The position numbers and the translations under genes are program-made. A model generated the notes under the pieces. It made no database searches and was not told the origin of the DNA. It worked only from the letters and a program-made list of their open reading frames with translations. A stretch of 64,000 nt of DNA from Eledone cirrhosa (taxonomy: Eukaryota): contig OZ024752.1 in assembly GCA_964016885.1 (NCBI GenBank), forward strand, positions 47,988,001-48,052,000. The letters are read 5' to 3'. This document shows positions 30,125-45,042 of the stretch, piece by piece. Position 1 is the first letter of the stretch, and each line of letters starts with the position of its first letter.

Positions 30125-30184
30125 TATTTTATCTGATGAAAGCATACTATAATTTAGTATCCTTGAAATACGTATAATAAGATA
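30125..30184 (+). ncRNA. Type I hammerhead ribozyme
   Basis: TATTTTAT CTGATGA AAGcATACTA-TAATT-TAGTATcCTT GAAA T-ACGT-A TA ATAAGATA. Confidence 0.8.
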
Positions 30185-30321
30185 AATATGATGCTATAGT
30201 GATATTTTCCATTTATTACTATTGTTAATATATAGATAGATATAGATATATAAACACACACATACATGTATATATATATATATATACATATATGCATACA
30301 TGTACATATGTATCATCAAAA

Positions 30322-30445
30322 TCATCATCATCATCATTTTACATCCACTTTTCCCTACTTGCAAGGGGTGGGACGGGTCCTATTCAGCACAGCATCTTTC
30401 CACTTGTCTCGGTCCTTTGTGATCTCCTCCGTGACCTTCAGCGAT
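30322..30445 (-). mobile_element. 3' end of the same RTE family as 12507-13231
   Basis: Aligns to 12530-12650. Confidence 0.85.
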
Positions 30446-30457
30446 GTATGTATATAT

Positions 30458-30561
<104 letters not shown>

Positions 30562-30591
30562 AGATCAAAAGATGATTAAAAGAGTTCCAAG

Positions 30592-30662
30592 TATTTTATT
30601 ATGCGCATTTCAAAAACAAATATTATCATGGGATTATACCTGCGTTCTCATCAGATAAAATA
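30592..30662 (-). ncRNA. Type I hammerhead ribozyme (paralogue of 29185-29254)
   Basis: Minus strand: TATTTTAT CTGATGA GAAcGCAGGTAT..ATATTTGTtTTT GAAA T-GCGC-A TA ATAAAATA; the flanks also match 29160-29290. Confidence 0.72.
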
Positions 30663-30797
30663 GGGATACATGATATGAAGCTTAAAAAACACTTGTGAAT
30701 AGTGAAGTTTTAAATCATAATATTTGTTTTATTGTGCTACAATAAAACTCACCTCCTACATTATATAGATATATATATATATATGTATATATATATG

Positions 30798-30852
<55 letters not shown>

Positions 30853-30993
30853 ATATATATATATATACATGTATATATATATATATATATGTATAAATAT
30901 GTATATGTATATAATAGTATTGAAGTTTCCGTTGAAAATTGAAAAAGTCATAGGAGTTAAGAGTGCTCTGTGTAAGTACCAGAGCTAAAATAT

Positions 30994-31029
<36 letters not shown>

Positions 31030-31041
31030 TTATATGCATAA

Positions 31042-31079
<38 letters not shown>

Positions 31080-31125
31080 GCATATATACATATATATATA
31101 TATGTATATATATATATATGCATAA

Positions 31126-31195
<70 letters not shown>

Positions 31196-31267
31196 GCATA
31201 AATATGTATATATATATATATATATATATATGCATAAATATGTGTGTATATATATACATATTTATGC

Positions 31268-31313
<46 letters not shown>

Positions 31314-31374
31314 TTATACATATATATATATATACATATTTATACATATATATATATATATCTATATATGTGTG

Positions 31375-31421
<47 letters not shown>

Positions 31422-31487
31422 TTATGCATATAAATATATATATATATACATATTTATACATATATATATATATATTTATACATATAG

Positions 31488-31520
<33 letters not shown>

Positions 31521-31547
31521 TATACATATATATATACATATTTATAC

Positions 31548-31581
<34 letters not shown>

Positions 31582-31867
31582 GTGTGTATGTGTATATATA
31601 TATGTAAGTTTGTGTGTACATACTTGTGTACATGTATATATTGAAGTATGGGAACCTCCTGCATCAACTCCACCCCAAACCCAGCCCATCTCCAAGAAGC
31701 AGAACAATTAGGACCCGAAACATTAACCCTTTCCTTCCACTTGCTTATTTACCCCCTGCCTGTGGAGCCCCCCCCCCCCTAACACCTCCCCCTCCACTGA
31801 CATCTCAGCCCCTAACACCACCCTCAGGCTAAGCTCTCAGCTGCTCCTCCTTTTTCCTGGAAGTGAC

Positions 31868-32655
31868 AGATAATGATAATGATGATCAGGGTAATGATGA
31901 TGATAGTGGTGGTGGTGGTGGTGGTGGTGGTGGTGGTGGTGGTAGTGTTGGTGGTGGTGGTGGTGGTGGTGGTGGTGGTGGTGGTGGTGGTTGTGGTAGT
32001 AGTGGTGGTAGTAGTAGTGGTGGTAGTAGTGGTGGTGGTGGTGGTGGTAGTAGTGGTGGTGGTGGTGGTAGTGGTGGTGGTGTTGGTGGTGGTGGTGGTA
32101 GTACTGGTGGTGGTTTTGGTGTTGGTGGTGGTAGTAGTGGTAGTGGTGGTAGTAGTGGTGATGGTGGTGGTGGTAGTAGTGGTGATAGTGGTGGTGGTGG
32201 TAGTAGTGGTGGTGGTGGTGGTGGTGATGATGATGATAGTGGTGGTGGTGGTGGTGGTGGTAATGGTGGTGATGATGATGGTGATCAGTACTGATAATGA
32301 TCATGCTGATGTGGGTGGAGATGGTAGTGAAAATAATGATGGTAATAAATGTACTGATGGTGCTGGTGGTGGTGGTGGTGATGGTAGCAAAATAATGATG
32401 ATGATGATGGTAATAAATGTAGTGGTGGTGGTGGTGGTGGTGGTGATGGTAGCAAAATAATGATGATGATGATGGTAATAAATGTACTGATGGTGGTGGT
32501 GGTGGTGGTGATGGTAGCAAAATAATGATGATGATGATGATGTTGATAACTATACTGATGGTGGTGGTGGTGGTGGTGGTGATGATGATGTTTATGATGA
32601 TGATGATGGTGGAGGGAAGTGATAATGGGGATGGTGAGAATAATGATGCTGATGC
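31868..32655. repeat. (GGT)n/(GAT)n/(AGT)n trinucleotide tract
   Basis: Visible; it gives the poly-Gly/Val/His ORFs. Confidence 0.95.
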
Positions 32656-32915
32656 TAATATTAAATCTGTCAGTGAAGTGGATAAAAATATGACAATGAA
32701 CCTTAGCTACCATTTATCACAGAGCTTATATATCTCTGGGGGGTGCTTTCTCCTATGAAACTAGAAAAATGTTGTTATGGTGTTGACAACAACAACATAA
32801 ACAACAACAACAACCGTAACAACAATATTCATACCAAATTTATAATTCTTTGCATTTCCAATATATATTTACTGGTGCCATGGTAAAAACCATCCAGTAC
32901 GCTCTGTAAAGTGGT

Positions 32916-33303
32916 ATGAAAAATTGCCATGAAAAAGTGCCATGAAAAATTGCCATGAAAAAGTGTCATGAAAAAGTGTCATGAAAAATTGCCATGAAAA
33001 AGTGCCATGAAAAATTGCCATGAAAAAGTGTCATGAAAAATTGCCATGAAAAAGTGTCATGAAAAATTGCCATGAAAAAGTGCCATGAAAAATTGCCATG
33101 AAAAAGTGTCATGAAAAATTGCCATGAAAAAGTGCCATGAAAAATTGCCATGAAAAAGTGTCATGAAAAATTGCCATGAAAAAGTGTCATGAAAAGGTGC
33201 CATGAAAAAGTGTCATGAAAAATTGCCATGAAAAAGTGCCATGAAAAATTGCCATGAAAAGTGCCATGAAAAATTGCCATGAAAAATTGCCATGAAAAAT
33301 TGC
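32916..33303. repeat. 13-bp minisatellite, about 30 copies
   Basis: Alternating catgaaaaattgc and catgaaaaagtg(c/t) units. Confidence 0.95.
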
Positions 33304-33556
33304 ACCCAGTAAAATTTGTAAAGTGATGGTTCTGGTTTCACAAAAAAATGCACCCAGTACTGTGTGTAAAGTGATCAAGCTGGTGCACCCAGTACACTGG
33401 GAGGATTCAAAAGTGAAATCAACTTTAGCAGAATTCCAAACCAGAATATGAAGGGATGTAACTAAATACACACAATAAAGTACTTTAGTCCAGTGGTCTA
33501 CAACTATCTTTTAACCACTCTACCCATCCTTGGTGACCATTAATATCATTTAAAAT

Positions 33557-33750
33557 GGCGGTGGATTGGCAGTAACGGTAGAGGGTCGGACGCCATGCTT
33601 CCCAGCATAGAGTTACGGCCCTTGCCATTCTGAGTTCAAATCCCGCCGAGGTTAACTTTGCCTTTCATCCTTACGGGGTCGATAAAATAAAGTACCAGTA
33701 ATGCACTGGGTAATTGCTGGCCTTGTGCCAAAAAGTAGAAACAATTATTA
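33557..33750 (+). mobile_element. tRNA-derived SINE (Meta-like family)
   Basis: Matches 19295-19488; tatcattt(t)aaaa occurs on both flanks. Confidence 0.9.
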
Positions 33751-33859
33751 TCATTTTAAAAAAAATCCTAATATATAATTTCATTAAAAGACAGATCAAA
33801 TGAAATAGACGCATGTAAATGGAAAAAAAAACTCAAAATATATTAAACAAATAATAATA

Positions 33860-33953
33860 ATAATAATTGTTTCTACTTCTGGCACAAGGCCAGCAATTAT
33901 CCCAGTGCATTACTGGTACTTTATTTTATCGACCCTGTAAGGATGAAAGGCAA
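33860..33953 (-). mobile_element. Truncated SINE (Meta-like family)
   Basis: 3' half, reverse complemented. Confidence 0.85.
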
Positions 33954-34431
33954 AAAAAAAAAAAAAAAAAAATAATAATAATGTAGCAATTCTATTGATG
34001 AAAATGTAACATGATGTAATTATCAATGCAATATCATTTGACTGATTGATAAAACCTTTCTTGCCAATAATCTTTAACCTCTGCTTCTTTGGCATATTGT
34101 GTGTCCCACCTCTCTCTCTTCTCTCTCTCTCTCTCTCACACACGCGCACACACACTCATTCTATCTATGCTTATTTTATTATCATTATTATTACAGACTT
34201 TGGCACTACTCAGCTTTGTAACTGTACTCCAATTCCACTCAAACACTATTAGCACCCATCCCATTACTATATCTCCCCAACCAATATCACCAAAACTATA
34301 CCAAGTCTTTCTCCTACCCTTTGAACTATACTGCCCTAGAAATCCATCAATATTTCTGTATTTCTCTATAAAGGATTTTTTTTTTTCGCATTTTTTTTTT
34401 ATTATTTCATTTAATTATATATATATATATA

Positions 34432-35026
34432 CTCGAGAGAAGGCTACGTTGGTATGGACACGTGATGCGCATGAAAGTCGATAGCTGTATAACAAAGTGC
34501 AGGGCAATAAAGATAGACGGTAGCCACGGAATAGGCAGACCTAGAAAAACCTGGGACGAGCTGATAAACTCCGACCTCACACACTTACACCTCTCCAAGA
34601 CAATGTCACTGGACCGAGACCTTTGGCGGTACTCAGTAACAGAGAAGACCCGCCTTGCCAGTAGGCATCTCTAACAAAATACACCCCGTCCCGCCACCTC
34701 CCCCACCCATCCACACCACCTGTCCTATGTAAAGTTATGTTGGTACCACACCATCCGGGCCGAAACAAACGAGATCGTGTAGGTGTCACGACAAAAAAAC
34801 ACACAGTCCACGCTGTAATGTGGCCGTGTAGGCAACACGGTAAAAACCTCCCAGACCCACACTGTAAATGTGGTTGGTGTTAGGAAGGGCATCCAACTGT
34901 AGAAAACCTGCCAGACAGTCCTATGCGAGCAAGACAATCACTCTTGCCTCAAGTGGGACTACCCCCGTCCAAACCCATGCAAGCGTGGAACACAGACGTT
35001 AAACGTTGATGATGATGATGATGATG

Positions 35027-35028
<2 letters not shown>
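34432..35028 (+). mobile_element. 5'-truncated RTE-type LINE (second subfamily) with a long 3'UTR and (GAT)n tail
   Basis: ERRLRWYGHVMRMKVDSCITKC...GRPRKTWDE...DRDLWR...RHL*; the 3'UTR contains tggttggtgttaggaagggcatcc. Confidence 0.88.
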
Positions 35029-35078
<50 letters not shown>

Positions 35079-35689
35079 TGCTTTTTTTTTTTTACTAACC
35101 TTCAGCTTTTTAAAACTAAATCATTCCGAAAGGGTGTCTGGAATGTTTAGATCATAGTTGTCCACTTAATCAGTTCAGGCTTTCAGGGCTAAACAATAAC
35201 AACAATGAGATCAATATCCTCACAAGTGTGCTACTATTCCAGGTAGTTATTAGTCCAATCTTTCACAAATACTGTGTGTGTATGTGTGTATGTAAATGTT
35301 TGTGCTTGTGTGCATGTGTGTTCTCAAAATAAATAATACCAAAATCTCAGATTCCATATTACGTGAGATAATTATGTGAGATAAAACCTTTACCACAAAA
35401 TACAATAGTATATATAGAGTAATGTAAATACTAAAGGGTTAAGTTATACAATACATGATAAAGTTACTAATATTAAGATATATCACCCATGGTACATGGA
35501 TCCCTTCTCTTCTTTTGTTGTCTATTTTAGCATGTCATATCTCCTTTCCTATCATGTTACTATTGTCATGCTATTTAGTCTTGTTGTCTTCCACAGCTTA
35601 AATGTCATACATTTAATTCTATACACCTGTAGGCTGGTTAAGTTGGTGCATAGAGAAAAGGTGGGTGAGTAAAAAATATACCCTTGAAA

Positions 35690-36390
35690 GGTGGTAAAAA
35701 CACTTTCAAAGGTGGTCCTGTTGGTGACACAAGAAAAAAAGCCCACTGTACCCACCCTGTAAGGTGGTTGTGTTGGTGACACAAGAAAAAAAGCCCACTG
35801 TACCCACCCTGTAAGGTGGTCATGTTGGTGACATGAGAAAAAAAAACACTGTACCCACCCTGTAAGGTGGTCATGTTGGTGACACGAGAAAAAAAGCCCA
35901 CTGTACCCACCCTGTAAGGTGGTCATGTTGGTGATACGAGAAAAAAAAACACTGTACCCACCCTGTAAGGTGGTTGTGTTGGTGACACAAGAAAAAAAAA
36001 AACACTCAGCCCATTCTGTAATATGGTCATGCTGGTGACACAAGAAAAGCATACAGTCCACTTTGTAAGGTGCTCATGCAAGTAAGACCACAAAAAGCAG
36101 CCAGTCCATTCTGTAAGGAGGTCATGCTGGTGACACAAGAAAAAGCATCCAGTCCACTTTGTAAGGTGGTTGTGCAAGTAAGATCACAGAAAGCAGCCAG
36201 TCCACTCTCTATGGTGATTGTACTGGTGACAAAAAAAAAAAAAGTACCCAGCCTCCCCTGTTAGATGGTTGTTATAATGTCATGATAAAAATCACACAGT
36301 CAACACTGTAATGTGGTTGGCATTAAGAAGGGCATCCAACCATAGAAACCAGGCCAAAATAGGGATCCATATGAGCAAGATGTGGTCACA
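35690..36390 (+). repeat. Roughly 51-bp tandem array (about 12 units) running into an RTE/SINE tail
   Basis: Unit ctgtaaggtggtcatgttggtgacacaagaaaaaaagcccactgtacccacc, followed by tggttggcattaagaagggcatcc. Confidence 0.85.
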
Positions 36391-36462
36391 AAAATTCTCA
36401 TCTGATTTCATTGGAATTTTTACTTCCATACTTCATGAAATTCTAAAAGTGTTATTGGCTCT

Positions 36463-36539
36463 ATCATAGACAGGTAGATACCTGTGTATCATAGACAGGT
36501 AGATACCTGTGTATCATAGACAGGTAGATACCTGTGTAT
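36463..36539. repeat. 25-bp unit repeated three times, with an internal hairpin
   Basis: atcatagACAGGTAgaTACCTGTgt. Confidence 0.9.
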
Positions 36540-36697
36540 AATAGCATCTCTACGCATGAATACATCATTCTTGATGTATATATATATATATACACATGCA
36601 TACACACACACATAGATATATATATACATATATACATATATACACACACACACATATATATATATAGATACATATCTCCATATATATACACACACAC

Positions 36698-36772
<75 letters not shown>

Positions 36773-37029
36773 AATATCTCCATATATACATACACATATA
36801 TACATATATCTACATACATACGCACACATAAATATATTTACATATACACACACATGCATATATACATACATGCACACACACACACAAATCTATTTACACA
36901 TATTGGCACACACACACATCTATACATATTCACATACACACACACACATACATATTTACATAAAAAAATATATTAAATAAATAAATATATTTATATATAT
37001 TTTTACATACATATACACAGACAAATACC

Positions 37030-37083
<54 letters not shown>

Positions 37084-37176
37084 CGAACACACACATATAT
37101 ATATATATACACACACACACATATATATATATACACACACACATATATATATATACACACACACACACATATATAT

Positions 37177-37277
<101 letters not shown>

Positions 37278-37467
37278 CATATATATATATACACTGTGCC
37301 TCAGTGCACACAATGAATACATAAGTTAAACCAAGCAGGCATTATTATAAGTTGTTCAACAATAAACCTACCTCCCATACAATACTTCGATAAAAAAACA
37401 GACAAAAAGTCAGGAACTACAGTGAATGGATTTTACTGTAATTATATTGCTGACCACCTCCTCCATG

Positions 37468-37716
37468 TACTACTACTACTACTACTACTGCTACTACTGT
37501 TGCTACTAATACTACTACTATTATTATTACTACTACTACTACCACCACCATTATCACTACTACTACTACTACCACTATCACTTCTACTACTACTACTACT
37601 ACTACAACTATTGCCACCACTACCACCACCACCATCACTACTACCACCACCAATACTACTATTACCATAACCACTACTACCACTACTACTACTACCATAA
37701 CCACTACTACCACCAA

Positions 37717-37750
<34 letters not shown>
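37468..37750. repeat. (ACT)n/(ACC)n tract
   Basis: Visible. Confidence 0.95.
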
Positions 37751-37751
<1 letters not shown>

Positions 37752-37799
37752 ATTTATAAGATTACAAAGAGAAATTGGTGCAGAAATATAGAGGATAAA

Positions 37800-37931
37800 A
37801 TAATTGTTTCTACTTTTGGCACAAGGCCGGCAATTACCCCAGTACATTACTGGTACTTTATTTTATCGACCCCGCAAGGATGAAAGGCAAAGTTAACCTC
37901 GGTGGGATTTGAACTCAGAATGGCAAGGGAC
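37800..37931 (-). mobile_element. Truncated SINE (Meta-like family)
   Basis: Reverse complement match to the family. Confidence 0.85.
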
Positions 37932-38180
37932 TGAAATTATTGTGTACAGTGCTCAGGTGCACTACAACTCATCAAAGGTGCATGTATAGTACATAGAATA
38001 ATGTACAAATGTCAGGAAAATGAACAGTGTATGAGTCATGATATAATAATAATAATAATAATGAAATATTGTGTACAGTGCCCAGGTGCACCACAACTCA
38101 TCAAAGAGTGCATGTACAGTACATAGGGCAATGCACAACCATCAGTAAAATGAACAGTGCACGAGTCATGATACACACAT
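37932..38180 (-). mobile_element. Two tandem 3' ends of a (TTA)n-tailed retroelement
   Basis: tattgtgtacagtgc(t/c)caggtgcac(t/c)acaactcatcaaa at about 37938 and 38067; also at about 51675 and 63632. Confidence 0.65.
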
Positions 38181-38331
38181 GGTATGTTCTACATGAGTAA
38201 AAGTATAGTGTGAGGCATTGGCAAGTCTTTAATCTGTTCAATGGTAAGATAGAGTTAAAGTATTGGTGTTAAACTGAGTTTCTGTTGAAACTCATTACAG
38301 AGGAAATTACCTGAACACTCCAATAGTTAAG

Positions 38332-38499
38332 ACTACTACTACTAATACAACTAGTACTACTACTACAACTACTACTACTACTAATATTACTACTACAACT
38401 ACAACTACTACTACTACTAATACTACTACAACTACTACTACTACTACAACTAATACTACTACTACAACAACTACTACTAATACTACTACTACTACAACA

Positions 38500-38531
<32 letters not shown>

Positions 38532-41000
38532 AACAACTACAGAAGAAAGAAGTTACAAAACAAAACAAAAACCACCAACAACAATTATCATTGGTATGCT
38601 TTTAAAGATGGAAGATATGCTGTAGAAGATAGTGGGGGGTTGTGGAGGTGGTGGTGGTGGTTGAGGTGGTGGTGGGGAGGAGTGGGGGGTGAAGTGGTGG
38701 TGGGGGGTGAAGTGGGGGATGAAGTGGTGGTGGTGGTGAGGTGGTTGAGGTGGTGGTGGGGTTGAGGTGGTGGTGGTGGGGGTGGTGGTGGGGGTGGTGG
38801 TGGTGGTGGTTGAGGTGGTGGTGGTGAGGTGGTTGAGGTGGTGAGGTGGTTGAGGTGGTGGTGGTGGTGGTGGGGTTCAAATGGTGGGTGTGTCAATAAC
38901 TTAGTGGAAATTTTAAATGCTGAATTATTATGTGATGCAATTTGTAGAAATCACCACCACAACCACCACCACCATCACCACCATCACTATCACCACCACC
39001 ACCACCAACAACAACCCCCAGCCACCCTTACCACCACCACCACCACCATGACCTCCACCATCAACAACACCCACCACCATCATCATTACCACCATCACAC
39101 CACTACCCACCATCTTTACCATCATCAATACTCCCCACCCACTATCACCATCACCACCACCACTATCAACACTCCCCACCTACTATCACCATCACCACCA
39201 CCACCACCACTCCCCCACCCACCATCACCACCACCACCATCAACACTCCCCACCTACTATCACCATCACCACCACCATCATCAACACTCCCCACCCACTA
39301 TCACCATCATCAACACTCCCCCACCCACTATCACCATCACCACCACCACCATCATCAACATTCCCCACCCACTATCACCATCACCACCACCACCATCATC
39401 AATACTCCCCACCTACTATCACCATCACCACCACCATCATCAACACTCCCCACCTACCATCACCACCACCATCATCAACACTCCCCACCTACCATCACCA
39501 CCACCATCATCAACACTCCCCACCTACCATCACCACCACCACCATCATGAATACTCCCCACCCACTATCACCATCACCACCACCACCACCAACACCCACC
39601 ACCACCAACAACACCCACCACCATCATTACCACCACCACCAACACCAACACCCACCACCATCATTACCACCATCATCACCCCCCACCACCACCATAATCT
39701 CCCTCAGCCAATGAAGGAGCCTCTATGTAAATTACTTGGCATGTAAACAGACCTGCCAAACCTTCACCATGGTATGAATAAATCCCTACTGTCTAAAATA
39801 CTGGAATGACATGATCCATGGAAGGTCTTAATCCCAGATAACATGAACCAGCTAGCAGCACCACATATGTGCAATGGTTTCACACATGAAATGCTTACTA
39901 ACAGGATTCTAACTATCACCAACCAACCAACCAACCAGCCAACCACCACCACCACTACTAACATCACCACTAACCAACCAGCCAACCAACCATCACCACT
40001 AACATCAACCAACAAGCCAGCCAACCATCACCACTAACATCAACCAGCCAACCACCACCACTACTACTAACATCACCACTAACCAACCAGCCAACCAACC
40101 ATCACCACTAACATCAACCAACAAGCCAGCCACCAACCAGCCACCAACCAACCACCACCACCACTACTAATATCACCACTAACCAGCCAGCCAACCAACC
40201 ATCACCACCAACAACATCAACCAACCAACCAGCCAACCACCACCACCACTACTAACATCACCACTAACCAACCAGCCAACCAACCATCACCACCAACAAC
40301 ATCAACCAACCAACCAGCCAACCACCACCACTACTAACATCACCACTAACCAACCAGCCAACCACCACCACTACTACTAACATCACCACTAACCAACCAG
40401 CCAACCACCACCACTACTACTAATATCACCACTAACCAACCAGCCAACCAACCATCACCACTAACATCAACCAACCAACCAGCCAACCACCACCACCACT
40501 ACTAACATCACCACTAACCAACCAGCCAACCACCACCACTACTACTAATATCACCACTAACCAACCAGCCAACCAACCATAACCACTAACATCAACCAAC
40601 CAACCAGCCAACCACCACCACTACTACTAACATCACCACTAACTAACCAGCCAACCAACCATCACCACTAACATCAACCAGCCAACCACCACCACCACTA
40701 CTAATATCACCACTAACCAACCAGCCAACCAACCACCACCACTAACCAACCAGCCAACCAACCACCACCACCACTACTAACATCACCACTAACCAACCAG
40801 CCAACCAACCATCACCATCACCACTAACATCAACCAACCAGCCACCAACCAACCACCACCACCACTACTACTACTAACATCACCATCAACCAGCCAACCA
40901 CCACTACTGCTAACACCATCCTACCACCAACCAGCCAATGAACCACCACCACCACCACCACCACCCTACCACTACCACCACCACCACCACCAAGCACCAC
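38332..41000. repeat. Low-complexity block: (ACT)n, (GGT)n, (CCA)n with actccccacc units, then an aaccaaccagcc/actaacatc minisatellite
   Basis: Visible. Confidence 0.92.
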
Positions 41001-41167
41001 TCCATAAATAACAACACTAATGCGAAACAAAAGTATCTAAGCTTAAAGCCAGGATTGATAATGGCTATATACATGTAGAGAGAGAGAGGTAGAGATTGAG
41101 AGATAGATAGAGAGAGAGAGCTAGCTAGATAGAGAGAGAGAGAGATAGATAGATAGAGAGAGAGAGC

Positions 41168-41200
<33 letters not shown>

Positions 41201-41203
41201 AGC

Positions 41204-41239
<36 letters not shown>

Positions 41240-41282
41240 GAGCTAACTAGATAGATTTCTTTATTAGCCACAAGAGAACTAG

Positions 41283-41316
<34 letters not shown>

Positions 41317-41486
41317 CTAGATAGGTAGAGAGAGAGAGAGAGAGAGCTAGATAGATAGATAGATAGAGAGAGAGAGCTAGAGATAGATAGATATAGTTAA
41401 AGAGATGGAGAGAGTGAGATAGAGAGAGAGAAAAAGAGAGTGAGATAGAGAGAGAGAAAAAGAGAGAGAGAAAGAGAAATAGAGGG

Positions 41487-41520
<34 letters not shown>

Positions 41521-42824
41521 TCAGGTCTGGAATGTCAATAAATCTGAGCCTCATCAGTGTCTCGTCTGTTGTAGTCATAACCATTTAGTACTGATGATGA
41601 CGGGTGGAGGCCTCCCTCTCATTCACTGATGTGCCGCTGGTCTTTTTCACCAATTAAACTTTTACTATAGTATTATACAGCTAACAATCTACTGGATCTA
41701 TTGGAGAACGACTGGTCTTCTCCAGTTACCTTGCTTAATCACAATATCGATAACAGAGAAAGAAAAACTAAAAACAATCAGGTTTCAATAGGTTGAAGGA
41801 ATCACCTGCTTTTTTCTTTTTTTTTTTTTGCTTTTATTTTTATTTTTATTTTTCAATCTTGCTATTTGTTACAGTTGTTGTTGTCATTGTTGTTGTTGTG
41901 GTGGTTATTGTCTCTGTCTGTGTAGAATTGTTGTTGTATTACATGTTGTTGTTGTTTGTATTTGATCTTTATATTTCATTTCTTCGTAATTGAATTTGCA
42001 TAAATTTGAATATATAAATAGTTTGATATCAGAGCTAACACTAAATCGTGGTGTGTATGTCAACGCAGCTAGAGTTTATTATCTCACTAGTGCCATGCGG
42101 ACTGATAAGCTATTTTCTCCAACCAATTTACATGATGCAGAATTTAGACAAATAAAAATTTAGACAAAAAAATAAAATAATAAAATAAATAATTTTAAAA
42201 AAATAAAAAAAAAACCCTAATAATATATATACATATATGTAAAATAAATAAATAAATAATTATTTTATTTATTCTTTGAATCTTTATTGAAATTTCAAAA
42301 ACCCCCTACACTACAACAACTGCCACTTCCACCACAAGCACTATCATCACATCTTTTCTACATTTCTTCTCTATCAACCAACTCATTCCATTTCCAATCA
42401 CTTGCTTTTTAATCTATCAATTCCTCAGTTTTTTTTTTCTTGTTTATTGTTCTTTGTTTTCTGTTCTCATTGTAAACTTTTTTATTTATTTATATATAAT
42501 TCTTTGTTGTTGTTTTTTTTTTTTATCAAACACTTTCTCTCTCATTTTCTCCTCTCTAACACTCCTCCCTGCTCTCCCCCTTTCTGCATGTTTAGATTAC
42601 AGTTCAAGAATTAGTTTCAGCATATCTTGATGGTATATGTGAATAAAAATTAATGCCATTGCATTTTTATTAATTTGTTGTTGTCATTGTTGTTGCTGTT
42701 ATGTTATATTGTTGCATTGTTATTGATGGTGTTTTTGTTTTTATATTTAAATTTATTTTAAAATGTTATTAGTTGTTGCTGTTGTTGTTATTGTTATTGC
42801 TTTTTGTTTTGTGTTCTTTTGCAG

Positions 42825-42871
42825 AACTTGGAAGATTTGTCATGGATAGAGTCTGCAAAACTAAAAGTGTG
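42825..42871 (+). other. Candidate 47-nt exon
   Basis: Strong acceptor ttttgtgttcttttgcag and donor GTG|gtaagc; open in two frames (ELGRFVMDRVCKTKSV and NLEDLSWIESAKLKV). Confidence 0.4.
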
Positions 42872-43806
42872 GTAAGCAAAGATGGCTTGGCTGGTTGGTT
42901 GGCCGGTTGAACGAATTAGCAATTTGAAAAATAGTCTGCACCACAAACGGACACAGATGTAATGAAATATTGAGTACATGGTGTTGAATTAAATAATCAG
43001 CCAGTTTGTAAATTGTCCTGACAAGATGTAGCTCAGCTGACAATAATGAGAATTTCAAAGTGAAGGACATAGAGTAATTTTTTGCTATTATTAATTTTTT
43101 TTTTATCTAATACTTTTATAGTTATTTCAAGAAACATCTAATAATTTATAATACAAAAATATAGAGGTGATGAAAAAGGGAAAAAGATTAGTGGTGGTGG
43201 TGGTGGTGGGGATCAAATAGTACTAGATAAAAGACCATACCAACATTTTCATTTTTCTAAATCATTATGAGTCATAAATTCTTTCCATCAGGAAGTGGGT
43301 AAGTGATTTGGAGTAAAAAAAAAATCAAAAGAAATTTCAAATTATCTCTCCTACTTTTTACTCACACACACAAACATTTACACATATATGCACATACATA
43401 AACTAATGATGTACATCCACCAAATGTACTAAAAACAGTGTATGTGTGTGGTGGACCATTATATTAGGGTTAATTTACACTTTTGTTTAACAAAATAAAT
43501 GATATATCGCTATAGAAATTATTGAAATATAAAACAGAAAATATGAAAGTGATAAAAAAAATAATTCACAAGTGCATTACTGATGCATTTTACATACACA
43601 CACACTCTTAGTCATATGTTAACCTTTTTACTTCCATATTTCTGATGAAATACATTATCCAATGATTTTCAAATAATTTTGAAAATAATCAAGAATTTGC
43701 TGATTTTAATGTCTAGTTATTTGTCTAATGACAACATAAACTAACTGCACCAGTATATCCTTCTCAAGAAAATAGAGTTTGATCTGCTGGATAACCTAGT
43801 TTCAAT

Positions 43807-43885
43807 TTAACCCTTTAGCATTTAAACCAGCCGTATCCGGCCAGAATTCTCTCACCTCTTTCTGTTCAAACCGGTTGTACCTGGA
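43807..43885 (+). mobile_element. Terminus of the piggyBac-type MITE family seen at 6317-7494
   Basis: ttaaccctttagcatttaaaccagccgtatcc is the reverse complement of the 7425-7498 end. Confidence 0.7.
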
Positions 43886-45042
43886 GTTTTTGTGGTGTAC
43901 TAGACAGCAGTTAGGATGAATTTACAAGACAAATACTTAGAGATTTTAGCCAAGTTTTACAGACCACTAAAAAAATGGGCTTAAAGTAGATAGATATATG
44001 TGTATCAGTATGTATTTACATGCATATATTTATGTTTGTATATAAGCTTATAGGTTTGTATGCTAGTGCTTTGATAAGATGCACCTAATACACTCTGAAA
44101 AATGATAGTCCTGGTGTCACGATACATTGCACACAGTGAACTTTATAAAATTGTTGGAAATCGGAAGGGCATCCATCCATAGAAATCATGCCAAAATATA
44201 GGACACATGAGTAGGGTGAGGTTCTGAAACCCACCTAGTTTCAGATCATGACAACCCATCCAACCCAATACAGCATAGAAAATAGATATAATATGACGAT
44301 GATAATGATGATGATGAGCTAAATATATAAACAAAGAATAAATAAATAAAAACTAGAGCAATTAGAAAAGGGGGAGGGAGTTGTTAAATACGAGTTAGGA
44401 TAGCGAATTAAATGAAGGTGGCAGTTGTAGGATAGTATTTTCAAATATAGATCAGCTGCAATGCTCAGTGAAGTATTAAGAAATAATTATATCTTGACAA
44501 AGATGCCATGTTTTGTCATCTTCACTGAAAACTTCATACAATGATTTGTCTTAATTGGTTGAAATTATATATTCAGAAGGAGTTAGAATATAGCACAAGA
44601 CAAGGTGCAGGGTTAACACTGAGTGGCAAACAAATAGATAGTCTAAGACCAGAGAAAAAGGAGCAGGGTAGGCATCAGAGAATGAGAATAGCAAAAGAAA
44701 ATCAAAAATATAGAACAAACTAACTGAGGAGTTAACTTTGCTCACATTTTACAATTTAATAAATAAAATAATTCATCTCTATATTTTATATAAGTTGAAC
44801 AGACATTGTATTGCTTATATATTGAATTTAAAGTCATAATTGTGATGTTAATAAGAATATAGTAATCTACTTTTCTCTCCTCTTCAATCTGTTTTCTAAT
44901 ATTAAACATATTCAAATATTCAAACTTTTATTTTGTTGGGGATCAGCAAGAATAATGTCTTAAAAGCATTGCTTTTGTCCAAAAATGTTCCTAGACTGAC
45001 AGAATAGACAGACATTGTGTGTGATATATACATATATATATA

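Noticed and set aside
41994-42001. Octamer motif ATTTGCAT (also ATGCAAAT near 63021)
   Set aside because: An 8-mer expected by chance in AT-rich DNA, with no associated snRNA gene visible.
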